From the NCBI GenBank assembly GCA_964036045.1, contig OZ038378.1:16368001-16432000 (forward strand): a stretch of 64,000 nucleotides of DNA. Direction: 5' to 3'. This DNA is from Eutreptiella sp. 'Long Island Sound 2002'. Lineage: Eukaryota > Protista > Euglenida. The notes beneath the pieces were generated by a model, which made no database searches, had not been told where the DNA came from, and saw only the letters and a program-made list of their open reading frames with translations. Below, piece after piece: positions 23,426 through 34,578 of this stretch (its first letter is position 1; each line of letters begins with the position of its first letter). The translations under genes were made by a program, and so were the position numbers.

Positions 23426-26400
23426 ACCATTTCCCTGTTTTGGTTGCAGCAACGCAAAGCCTAAACAGAATCGCAAAAAAAAAATCGTTTCCAGGCGAAC
23501 AGTTCAACCTTTTCGTCGCGGGATTGAAAAAAATCGCAGAAAATGAAATAATTTTTGAAGATTGGATTTCGCGGAAATACACATTCCGCGGATTCTTACA
23601 ATTTGTTTGGTACGTCACAATTTATGACTGGCGTTTGGCAATGAAGTACTGTGATGCATGCGGAGGGATTCTGGAGGTTGACGACCATTTTTGATCCATT
23701 TTCAAGCTACGCCTCTTACTTTTTGCAAGTCTGACACCGCCATGAGCCTCGCCAGTCCCCAGATTTGTGTCCCTCAGTGGGACTTGGACATAATAGGACG
23801 TTGCTTGGTAGCGGATGAAAAGGTGTCCAGGGTGGATGACCACCAGCACGTATTGGGACACTGTTGTTTCAGCAGCTTTATCTTTGATACAAGGAAGGGG
23901 GGCGTTCAGCATGGAGAAATGACAGGTTGCAGTATTTGAACCTAGCAGGTTGGTGTCCGATGACCTGTTGTTGTCGCCAATCACCATGTTGGGTCTCCTG
24001 ATCCAACACCGAGGTGCGGATGACTCTCCTCCTGACCTTTTTCGGATTCAAGTGCAAGCCTGAACCACCCATCCCAAGGCTGGACCAACTCCTCCAACCT
24101 GCATACTGTGCAGTCCCTGTACGCACCCCGCTTTCCTTCCTAGGGCTAGCTTATGTACTGCCCTGGGGCGGGGAGGGGGGTATGCGCTCAATGCCATCCC
24201 TCCCCCATGTCCAAACCCCCCCCCCCCCGTCCAGTTTGTCTTTGTCTAAAACCTGGCATGTGGTCAATGCAGAAAATTCTTTGCTTCAGCAACTTCAGCG
24301 CCAATGATGTGCAATATGATGCATCCTGCCTTATCCGCTGCCCACAGGTGCTGCAATTCAACAGCTTTGTGCTTGGCGGGCTCTGCATGCGCACAAGAAA
24401 TAACAGCAACCATCCAGAGCCCACCAGGAAGTGACACCAACCACCTCTGCACCAGACCTGGCCTAGCGACTGAGAGTCGCAACTCCTCCTCCTCCACCCT
24501 TGAACCCCGTTGAGTGTCCCTTTGCCCAGGGGTTGCCTTATTACAGTGCCCAAATCCAGAGATGAGATTGTATATGACATGCAGGTCTACATAGCTGCCC
24601 AGCAACAGTCTTCAACAACATTCTGGAATGATACATTGAGTCCCTCTGACGCCACTCAATCTTCAAAATGCAAGATAGTAGCCTCACGCCATTTGTCTAC
24701 ATCTGGTGATCCTCATAATTCTGTTGTCCTGAGAGAGTGAACAACCCCTGCTTGAGCCCTCCTTGCACCCAGGGGAGCACCCAGAAGAGGGAGGCGTAGA
24801 AAAAAATGTGTCTTCATTCAAATGCCACAATGAGTTGCAGACCTTCAGGAACCATACTTTTTCTGACTCCAAAAATCCTTTGGTACCAATATTAGTGGGG
24901 CCATCAGCGACACCTTTTCCGCGGAATCTTCCTGGTTGGCTGGACGAAGCTGTCGGTTCGCCTTCAGTTGTAGTTGTGTGCCTTGTCACCACAGTGTTGA
25001 CGACACTCTGACACCCTGACACGAGCACCAAACAGGACTCACAAGCACCAACCAGCATCCAGCCACTGCCTTCTGTGTGCCCCCGCCGTGGGAAGCAGAT
25101 GCTTGAGACAGCATGTACCTGGGACACAAAGTGAGATCAAAGCAGAAGACAATAGAAAAAGATCATCACTGACATGCCACAGGCGCGTTTCACTGAAGTG
25201 GACACAAAGGAGTTCAAAGTCCACCTCGCATTGCTATGGCCCTATGACTGAGAACTGGCCAGGGCCTTGGATCGCCACTCGGGTCGAGCAACCAAGACCG
25301 GGGATAAGCTGCAGACTCAAAGCACCCCCCTCCCCCAGTAGACACCCCGATCGAAGGGCCCAGGGACACGTGCAGGAATTGGAGAGCACAGAAATCAGCA
25401 GGCTGGGCTGCACACTGGGTGGCACAGGGACCAGGGTGAAGCAAATGACGTAGCCCCCCCCCCCCCTCCTCCCAGCATCACCCCAGGAGGATTGCTGTTG
25501 GTTGTGGCTGTGGTCAGGTGATGGGAGAGGCACAGTCAGCACGCACAAAAAGGGCATAAGTACCTTTCGAAAAAACAAACAGACACTCGCCCCCCCTTGT
25601 CCATGCTATGCCGGAGTTCAAAAACAATCACGGTTCTTGCGAATGGTGTGGCTTAGACAACACACTGTAGCTTGGAATGGCTGTGTTGAATGTCAAAGCT
25701 GCCTCAAGTGCGTGGTGCCAAGGCCAATCAGATGCTGCTAGCTGTGTCGCAGCTGTACACTGCCGAAAGTAAAAGGCGGTAGCCGCTGTAACCAGGACCC
25801 AGGTGGGTGGGAAATGTGTGGTTTTACCTCGCATCTGTTGTTCGGTCAAGGGTCCAATTTCCCCAGCTTCTGCGAGGGCGTATGCAGTGGAGCGTGGACA
25901 GGGCCATAAATCGACAACGGCCATCATCCTCGACAAGTACAGATTGTAACACACATTGCTGTGCAAATAAGGTGCCAGAGGCGCCCTCACGACTGAAGTG
26001 TAGATACGGCACCGCAGGCACCGTGAGAGCTCTCTCAGCTGGTTTGGGCATGGCGCCGGAGGCACTGCCGAGAACTGGCACATGGTGCCATCCCCTGCCC
26101 TGAGCTGCCTTGAGGCGCCCTGGTATCCCTGCCCGGATCCTCCAAGTCTCACTCATGTCAATACTAAAACTCAATGTCTCTGTCTCATCATCTGACGTCT
26201 CCCAGTGTGTGCCCCTTACCCTGCATGTGTCGCGGACATCAATACGGAAGTCTTCATAAAACGATCCGTTGTCGCTCGACTGCATGAACCCACCCACCCC
26301 CAGCGATTCCACGGTCAAGGATAGCTTTTGGAGCAATGAAAGCTGATTGCAATGACTTGAGTGATGCAGAGGCCTTGTTCTCCGATGGGCAGGAGCGCTG

Positions 26401-26924
26401 GGCACAGAGTTTGCTGCGCTTCAGTTTGAGAATCTCGAAACTTCAGCAGCATTTTGAATGAATGGCCTCGCCATTCCAGGAGGTTTGATTTTATAATTGC
26501 GGTTGGGGTGCAGTTTGGTGTATAAAAGGTCGTTGGGCCGGCGGTTGTTGTTTTTTCGTTTAATCCTGGAAAACCTTCATGAGGTTTCTCAGTCAAACAC
26601 ATCGTCAGACAATCAAATCGTAGATTTTTGAGTTTATTCGTACGACCTGCATCTACATTGGGACACCCTCATTGAGAAATGCAGTGCCTGCACAGTGCGA
26701 CCTGTTCTGTGTGAGATATATTTGCATTTGTACTGTCACATTGGGACGCAACGCAGGCTGAGTCGCCAACAAATCGATGATCAAAACCATTAGCATCAGC
26801 CTAGGCATTGCCCATGCGCGCGCGCGCAGCAAGCGCGAAGCCGGCCCACCTACTGCTACATCTGCTGCATTGTTTCTGACCGTTGTTGAGGTTGCGGAGA
26901 GTCTGCATGTCGTGCCTTCTGCAG

Positions 26925-27192
26925 GTTATCATTGGGGCATGGCACCCAGACTACACATCTTATTACACGGACTGGCATGTGGTGCGTGTGCTGTACGTGC
27001 TTCTGCTGGTGACGTCCACGCTGTACTCTTGGAGCTGGGACATTTTCATGGACTGGGGCTACTTCACGCGCGATGCAGAGGGAAACTGGGTGCCGCGCCC
27101 AATAGTATTCGAGCGCGCCCGTACGTTCAATGTAGTAGCGGACCTCATCGGAAGGTCCGCATGGGCGTACACTCTCATTGTGAAGCCACCAG
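26925..27192 (+). CDS. XPR1: SPX-EXS exon 5 (EXS domain)
   Basis: Acceptor ctgcAG at 26924. Encodes STLYSWSWDIFMDWG and DLIGRSAW. Donor GTATCG at 27193, phase 1. Confidence 0.95.
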
Positions 27193-28800
27193 GTATCGGT
27201 GCCAAGGCAAAGGGGTGTGGACGATTGGTCTCTCGTAAAAATGAGCCAAGAATTTTTCGAAAAAACAATAACTTCCGAGCTGTACGCTTTCTATCCTTTT
27301 TTTGCTCATTCTTTTAAGGTAAATTTTTTTGCTTCGATTTTTGCTGAGGAAAAGGGAACTGTCATTTGGTGCAAGCAGTGTCCAATGATGTACCTTTTGC
27401 ACCACCCCTGCTTGTGGCACAAGTATAATTGTAGCACAGGTATACAATGTGTAAAATGCATGCCCCACAAGCCACATTTTTGCGGGTTCAAACTAAGAGT
27501 TGATTGCTTTTATGCCAAAGCAGCGGAGGTCTTGCTTTTTGCAATAAGGTCCCTCTACTCCACCTTCATAAACTACAGTAACAAAAGAGAGCATGTTAAC
27601 CGTTTGTGTGTTCAAATTTTTGCAGCAAATTTTTTTTGAGAAAATTATTGTGCTCAGTTACAAGTCAAATTTGTTTCACCTACTTTTGCCTAAATTTGCT
27701 TGCTATAAAAGGCTGTGTACTCACAGTTTTATCGAATGCCTGTGAATGATAGGGATGCAAAGGGATGTGGATGATAAGTGGCAGAAGGGTGTAGATAATA
27801 GTAGGTAGAAGTGTGCAGATGATAGGGAGGCAGAGAGTCATGGGTGATCGGAAGACATAGGGGTGTGGATGATAGGAACGCAGAGGGGTGTTGGTAATAG
27901 GGGGATGATGATGTTAGTTGCCCGCCTATGCTAAGATTGAAGTAAGAGGTGACTGTGGCAGGGCTCTCTCTATTCAATGCCCCCGCCCCCCGGGGACAGC
28001 CCTTGAGGACAACCCTCTGGAACGGTGGTTAGCCACAAACCACAGCGATTGAGCACCACCGCTGGTGCATGCATTTGTTGGATCACGTGTAAATCAGCGA
28101 GGTTGTAGATTGTTTTTTGGTGTGGGCATTTCGGTGTGGGCCATTGTGTTGCAGATGGTTTCACTGTCCATCATTGTGAGTCATTGTGGTGGTGCCCCCT
28201 GTTGCGCAAGCAGTGCCTTGTCTAAGCACCGGACCTGTCTGACCGTCGTTTTTCTGACCCCGACTTTGTGGTCAAGAATGTACCATGACGTAGCTGCGCG
28301 CAGATTGTAGAGGGAAAGAGGGGCTAGGCCATGCATGTGGCAGTTCTTTCTGCTCATTACAGCATTCTGACACTACAGCCCAATGCTGTTTGTTGGATGA
28401 TGCCATGACTAATGTTGCTATTCCCAGTTTCCCTGTGAACATGTGCCTGCCATTATTCCACAATTTCCCCAGTGGGCTGAAGTTGAGCCAATGGGATGAT
28501 GCTGATTTCTCTGAGGAACAGCCTGCAAATGCGGGTCGCGCGCAGGCATGGCCTCGTCTCAGCACGGGGCCCGTCATACCGCCATTTTCCTGACGTTACC
28601 CATCCTCGCGTGAGGGGGAGGGTGGGTCGTGATAGTGATGACGATCCGTCGAGGTTGTGGCTGTGGTGGACGTTGGGGTTCGGTTTGCAGTGGACAACGG
28701 CGTGGTTGCAGGGGGTATTGGGGAGGCAGAAGGGGGTTGCCCATGGCCCGTCGGTGGTGTGCATCCGGCGTATGAGGTCCGTGCCCCCTCAATGTTGCAG

Positions 28801-29192
28801 GTTCGCGTTTCTCGGTGGAGCTGCTGGTATTCTTGACTGCCCTCGTGGAGATCGTCCGCCGCTCACTATGGGCCGGAGTGCGGCTTGGCAATGAGCAGTT
28901 TAACAACACGTCACAGTACCGCGCGGTGAAGGACATTCCGTTGCTGCAGCTGGACACCAGGTGCCTGCACGCCAACGACCCGGAAGTCGAACAGGCCAAC
29001 ACGGGCTTCGCCGGCTTTATGGAGGCCTGGCGCCGCGGCAGTATCACGGGCAGTTTGACGGGCAGAAGAGGCTCCGCGGACCGTCGCAGTCCCAGCCCAG
29101 TCCGTTCCCAGTCGCCTCCGAAGAGCGGTGCGACGCCAGGGTATTACTCACGGCAGTCGAGCACCGCGTCAAGGCAGACGTCGTTTCTATAA
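28801..29192 (+). CDS. XPR1: SPX-EXS exon 6 (EXS end and Ser/Arg-rich tail)
   Basis: Acceptor ttgcAG at 28800, phase 1 match. VEIVRRSLWAGVRLGNEQFNNTSQYRAVKDIP matches the EXS C-terminal motif. Stop TAA at 29190-29192. The six exons total 2235 nt, i.e. 744 aa. Confidence 0.95.
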
Positions 29193-32100
29193 ACGGGCCG
29201 TGTGTTTCACGGACATGGGCTCTCTGGAGCGGTGGGCTCTGGTGGCCCTGTGGCAATTTTTGTTCCACAACAGCCGTTCAGGACTAGCCTTAGGACAAAG
29301 GCTGCGAGAGGGTAACCCACGGCGGTTGGGGGGAGTCACCGACGGCGGTAGCCTTCCTTCTTGCAGATGGCCGACACTACTTTGAGGCTCATTGACGCAG
29401 TCCGATACCGAGCGGCGGGGCACGTGTCGGTACACCACTGGTACCACCTCGGCACAGCCCTGCAGTCCATCAGCCCTGCAGTGCCGTAGCGCACTTCTGA
29501 TGTTGCTCTACAGTATCACAGCGCATCATCGCACCTGCACAACACAATTTCTGCACAACACAACCAAAGCGCATCGATGCTTCCAAACGGTAGTGCTACA
29601 GCCCACTGGAAGCCACGGGGCTTGTGAGCAGCCCCCTTTTGAAGCTGCTGCTCACTGCATCCCTTTGGGGTATACCTGCAAGCGAAACTGACCTGCTCAA
29701 TGATTCTGTGAATGTAAGGTTCTACGCCTACGACGGGGGGGGGGTTCTCATCCTCGTCACTTGCCACACAATTTCACGTCACATTCACTGCAGATGAAGC
29801 GACAGCGCGGCATGAAACGGGGTTGAGGACCCCACATGCACTGTTGCTGCCGTTTGGAACGCATGAACCATCTTCACTGTCGACACATCTGGAAATTCTG
29901 CTGGTCGCGATCTTTGCATCCGTTCTTTTCCGTGACATTGGCTCCCAGGATTAAGATCCCCATATGCGTGTGATCCTCCAGTTGTGCATGCGTGTGATCC
30001 CCACATGCATGCGCGTAGGATGCAACACAACATTGAGAATTCACGTGTTGTTGTTGGGGATCTAAGGAGGCATCCCTGGGCTTCGATATATAAGTCTCCG
30101 AATGAGAGAAAGCACCAAATAACCGCACCCAACACAACACGCAACGGCATGCGCATGCTAGTGTTCGGGCGTGGGTGGGTTTAACGGTCCCTGATTGTCA
30201 TTGCCGTCTGCTTGATATCGATTATGTTCAGTCCCGTGAGTGTGACACAGTGTCGCATCTTTGCTCAACACGGTCTTGAAGGCCCATCAGGCTTGGATTG
30301 GTCTCTGCTCGAATGGGGCGATCCCCTTGTAATATATTTTTTTGGTTGGTTGGACAGTGCCCAGTCGGCGTTGCAGGGAAGTTGGGGGCATATCTCTGCT
30401 GTGCACTGTATGATCTGCCGGGAATCATCAACTTTTCTGAAACAGATTTTTTGATGGTGCGACGACTGAAAGATTTCAAGAATCACTGAGTTTGAGCATG
30501 TTTCTGACCCGCTTGGAAGGACTGCAGCCGACAAATCACATGAAGCCCTCGAACTTTGACCATCACAGAGACGTGTGCACATGGTGCTGTGGGGCCTGCC
30601 ACTGCATGGGCCACTGCCACTGTGCTTGCGCACTGTAGAGGCAACCGGACAGACCTGAGGCGCTAATCACGTGGGATGCGACACTGCGGCTCTGAAATGT
30701 ATGGTTGTGGTGCACACCCCGCTCCCCCGGGTGGGTGGGGTCTGGCCGGGGGTGTATTGTGTACTCACCCCACTCAATTCTTTAGGTGGGTGGGTGGGGT
30801 CTGGCCGGGGGTGTATTGCGTGGTGTGTGGGTGCTGTTCACAAAGTTTGTACAGGACCATACCCAAGGTAGGTAGGTAGGTATCTTCGGAGATTAGGATG
30901 CCTTCTTTGACATTGCCTGAAGAGGAACTTTCCAAGGGAGCGACCACCCTCCCATTGCCCTCTGGAATGAGCCTCACAAAGTTGCTCCCGTATGTGATTT
31001 CAGCAGGCATGATCGCGGCCACCCAGCCCATGTGTGCCGTGTGGGAGGGTGGGAGGGTGTCCCCACACATGCCATGTGCCTGTGCTTTTCACTAAGTTGT
31101 GAGGTGGTGTCAAGGTATTTCACTCCTTTGGATCAGGTTGAAAACATACGAAACAACTGTGGCGTGGTGCACTGGATTCCGCCCCAATTTTGGTGGTGTG
31201 AGGGACCATCACCCAAATTTTGAGCAAGAAACTCAACGGTGGCGGCCAGGAACAGGGTCGCAAATGGCGGACCCAGTTTTCAAAAACTATCAAAAGTAAG
31301 CAAAAAATGCCTGTCTAGCTCGCCCTTGGAGGGGGCTGTTTGCATTGGAACCAACCAAGATGATGAACAGTCACCTTAGATAGCCGTCTAGCGAATTTTG
31401 CACGAAATGAGTGGCCGCAACAACCTCTTTTTCGGCCCAAGATACTGTAAAACCAGCCTTCAAAAACACCCTTTTTTGCATGTTTTTTGAAGTTCCACCT
31501 TCGTGTGCCGCCATGGAATGTGTTGGGCACCCCTGAGGTGATAAATAATGATGACAGGGATCACTCGCAACACAATTCCATGTTGTCAACACCCTTCAAT
31601 GCCCTATTGGCACCACCAACGGGCACGGTGCACATGCTAGGGTAGGGTTACCGGGTTCACCTGGGCCCGGGTCAAGACCTCGATAGGTTCCCAACAATGG
31701 TGGTTTCAACCTCTTGGCATCGTCCGCTATCTCCTCCCTTGCCAGCGACGGAGCTCAAAACAACTGAAAACCAAGACAAGAAAGACCAGAAGGAGCAAAT
31801 CAAAGTCATATATGAAGGTCTAGATATCCGGGGGGCTCACCCGGAGACGGACGCCCTTCAGGGCTGGTTGGTGGCAAACAAAGCGAACGAGGACAAGCTC
31901 AAGACCTTTTCCCATTTTAGGGCTGTGGTACTGTGCATTTTGAAGGATGTACAAAATCCAGCAGCCCAGTGAAGAATGCAGTTTTGGGAGCATCTGTTGT
32001 TGATGACTGTTGACAGCCATCTGCAAGCACCCGCAAATGAAGCTGGTTTCATAGTGCCCATGTCCCACACTCGGAATATCAAAAGGGTCTGGTGGTGTCC

Positions 32101-33099
32101 ACACAGCACCAGGTGTAGGTTTTGTCAATTTCTGTGCCTTCGCCATTGCTCAAACACGGTGGCCGGGAGGGGCTGTTGCAGGGGATCAAAGCAAAGGTTG
32201 CGTTCTCATTGCAGCAGTAGAATGAGACTTTTGGTCCCCGCACATGTGTGCAAGCATCTGCACGCCAGCCATAGCCCGCAGGGCTGCCAGGGAACGGAAG
32301 ATCCAAAGCCCCCTTGGCCCGCACCCCCACTTCAAAATGACGCATGCTGTGGCCTCTCCCGAAACCTAGTCCATGGAAGCAACCACCGATCGGACAGAGC
32401 CGTCACTACATGATCCACTCCACACCACACAATAGCTGAGCTGCACACCCACACACAGTGAGTAGGTATTGGACAGCAAGGGAGAGGAGCAATCAGGGTG
32501 CTTCCCTGGCTCCAGCTAAATGGACAAGTGAGAGTCACATGGAGCGCACTTCTGCTTTGACGAAAGCGACAGAGAGCTCTAAGAGTCTGGTGAACAATGG
32601 AATGTACAGTATAACACGTATTAGGGGCCAGCATGGGAAATCCAGAAATTACAGATAGTCGTACACAGAGCCTCCGCCCCCCAGGATCGGTTGCCAATTC
32701 GGCTTCAGTCTGAGCAGGTTGGCAGTGGTGAGACAAGCTTAAGAGGTAAGAAAAGGCCGTCCCACCAGTGCGTTGCCATTGAACAAAGCCAGGTTCCAAT
32801 GGGTTTCTCAGGGGTACGCAGTAAACAGCGGAGTCTGACCAGGGGCTGGTGGTTGGACAAACTGGTCATTGCGTAAAACAAAAGAGGGTGGGGTATGCAA
32901 TCTTTTATGGGGCATGTCACCCGCCTCCGAAACTGGGTATAACCGGCTCACAGAATTTAGACTGCTGCCCTCCTTGATTTATTATGTTTCTTCATGCATC
33001 AAATCTTAGCTCAGGGCAGAGGGGGCGGGTGGGCTGTGTTGTGATTTTGGTCAGTGTGTGTAGTCTGCCTGTGTGTGCTGTATGGGGTGCGTTTGTTTG

Positions 33100-33942
33100 C
33101 TTGTCCCCACCGAACAACTCACTGCAGATGAATTATCTGGTACCTCCAGCAGCCTGTCTTTATGCCGTTTCTTGCCTGCACGTTTGTCTTTTTGCAAAAA
33201 CACCAAATGCATCGCCATATCATGCATTGTCAGTGGGGGCCCCAGCACTTTTTGTACCCTGTCACTGGGGGCCTCAGCACTTTTTGTACCCTGTCACTGG
33301 GGGCCCAGCACTTTTTGTACCCTGTCACTGGGGGCCTCAGCACTTTTTGTACCCTGTCACTGGGGGCCCAGCACTTTTTGTACCCTGTCACTGGGGGCCT
33401 CAGCACTTTTTGTACCCTGTCACTGGGGGCCCAGCACTTTTTGTACCGTCACTGGAAGCCCCAGCGCTTTGTGTACCCTGTCCCTCAGGGCCCTAGCACT
33501 TTTTGTACCCCTTTAATGAGTCATTGGGTCTCACAAATACCCGCAGACCTGGCAAGTCGGTGTGCAGCAAGACTCAAATCAGTATCTGGTTTTGGCGCAG
33601 AGTGATGAGTGCCCAAAAGACAGCACGTGTTTCGGGACGAGTAGTCCCTTATCAACTTCTCAGTGCCCTCAGCATTTTTTGTGCCCTGTCACCGGGGCCC
33701 TCAGTACTTTTTGTACCCTGACACTGGGACTCTCAGCACTTTTTGTACCCTGTCACTGGGGCCCTCAGCATTGTTTGCACCCGGTGTTGAAAACGTACCC
33801 TGAATTCGTTCGTGTTTTGTTCGCTTGTATGTGACAAAAGGGGGTACACATTTTGGCAAAACGCCCATTAAGCCAAGGGGGGTGAAGTGTTTGGGGGGTA
33901 TAAATGGTGGTGGGGGGGTATATCTTTTGGGGGGGCTTAATC
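33100..33942 (+). mobile_element. Second, diverged copy of the 3' end of the pogo-like element, carrying an internal minisatellite
   Basis: The reverse complement of about 33780-33940 aligns with 41430-41590 (ggctta.tgggcgttttgccaaaat...aacacgaac.aat.cagggtac..t.tcaacacc). The left boundary is approximate. Confidence 0.6.
33235..33772 (+). repeat. 31/32-bp minisatellite with a 63-bp higher-order dimer
   Basis: Unit CAGCACTTTTTGTACCCTGTCACTGGGGGCC(T) alternates 32 and 31 bp over 33243-33500, is interrupted by about 140 bp, and resumes degenerate at 33660-33772. Confidence 0.95.
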
Positions 33943-34544
33943 ACAATTTTGCAAATGAATGGATTGAATGATGCCCTTTTGTAGCAGGTTTTGAATACAC
34001 TTCCGGACAGTACGGCTTTGGGACCCAGGCGTCCCCTGGATAAGTGCAAGGTGGGGGGAATCCCCGGATATAATGGTGACTCTCCCTCAGAATGGTCACT
34101 GCAGAGCTCCTTTTTGTCCTTTTCCCTCAGCAATCCTCCTTTCATTTTCACCCGGTGAGCAAACTGCCGGTAGTTTTTCTTTTTATTCGACTGAGGCCTT
34201 GAGTACCATTGTTCAAAACCGCCAGTCCACTGACATCCACAGATCAGATAGTGGTACCCATATGCCAGTAAGACTGCCTGCCAGTGGCCCACCAACTCCC
34301 TGCGCTATCCCCGTGGAACATGGTGAGTGTAGACCAAGATATGTAGTTGTGTTCTGTTCTGTTCTGGTCCAATGAGGTAGTGTGGGTAAGGTAGTTTGGC
34401 TTGGGGAGTTTGAGGCTTGGCAAATATTGCATGAGATTAATTTTCATTGGAGACGTCTCTCATAACAAATGGTTGCTACCGGGGCTGCATGCCCTGCCCT
34501 GCTTTCCTTTCACATGGTGTTCGTTGTGGCAGACTCTGTGTTTC

Positions 34545-34578
34545 CTTGGCACTTACAGCCTTTTGTTCCCCAACCCTT
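34545..34578 (+). promoter_or_regulatory. Putative SL trans-splice acceptor upstream of the U-box gene
   Basis: ttggcacttacAG (AG at 34557-34558) is followed by a pyrimidine-rich 20-nt leader and then the ATG of a complete protein. No upstream coding exon is needed. Confidence 0.45.

Noticed and set aside
22734-26924. 7-bp complementarity between intron ends (GAAGGCA / TGCCTTC), suggestive of a euglenid intermediate intron
   Set aside because: It was seen in only 1 of about 10 introns checked, and the register differs from the +4..6 CAG / -8..-6 CTG pattern. Compatible with chance.
31697-32960. gag-like ORF and possible tyrosine recombinase fragments
   Set aside because: Protein-like composition, but no diagnostic motif (no RHRY tetrad or zinc knuckle) could be read through the stops.
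33235-33772. CRISPR-like array
   Set aside because: The units are head-to-tail with no unique spacers, there are no cas genes, and the context is eukaryotic. It is a minisatellite.
34447-34578. N-terminal extension of the U-box ORF
   Set aside because: The track's start is not ATG, and the U-box begins immediately after ATG 34579.
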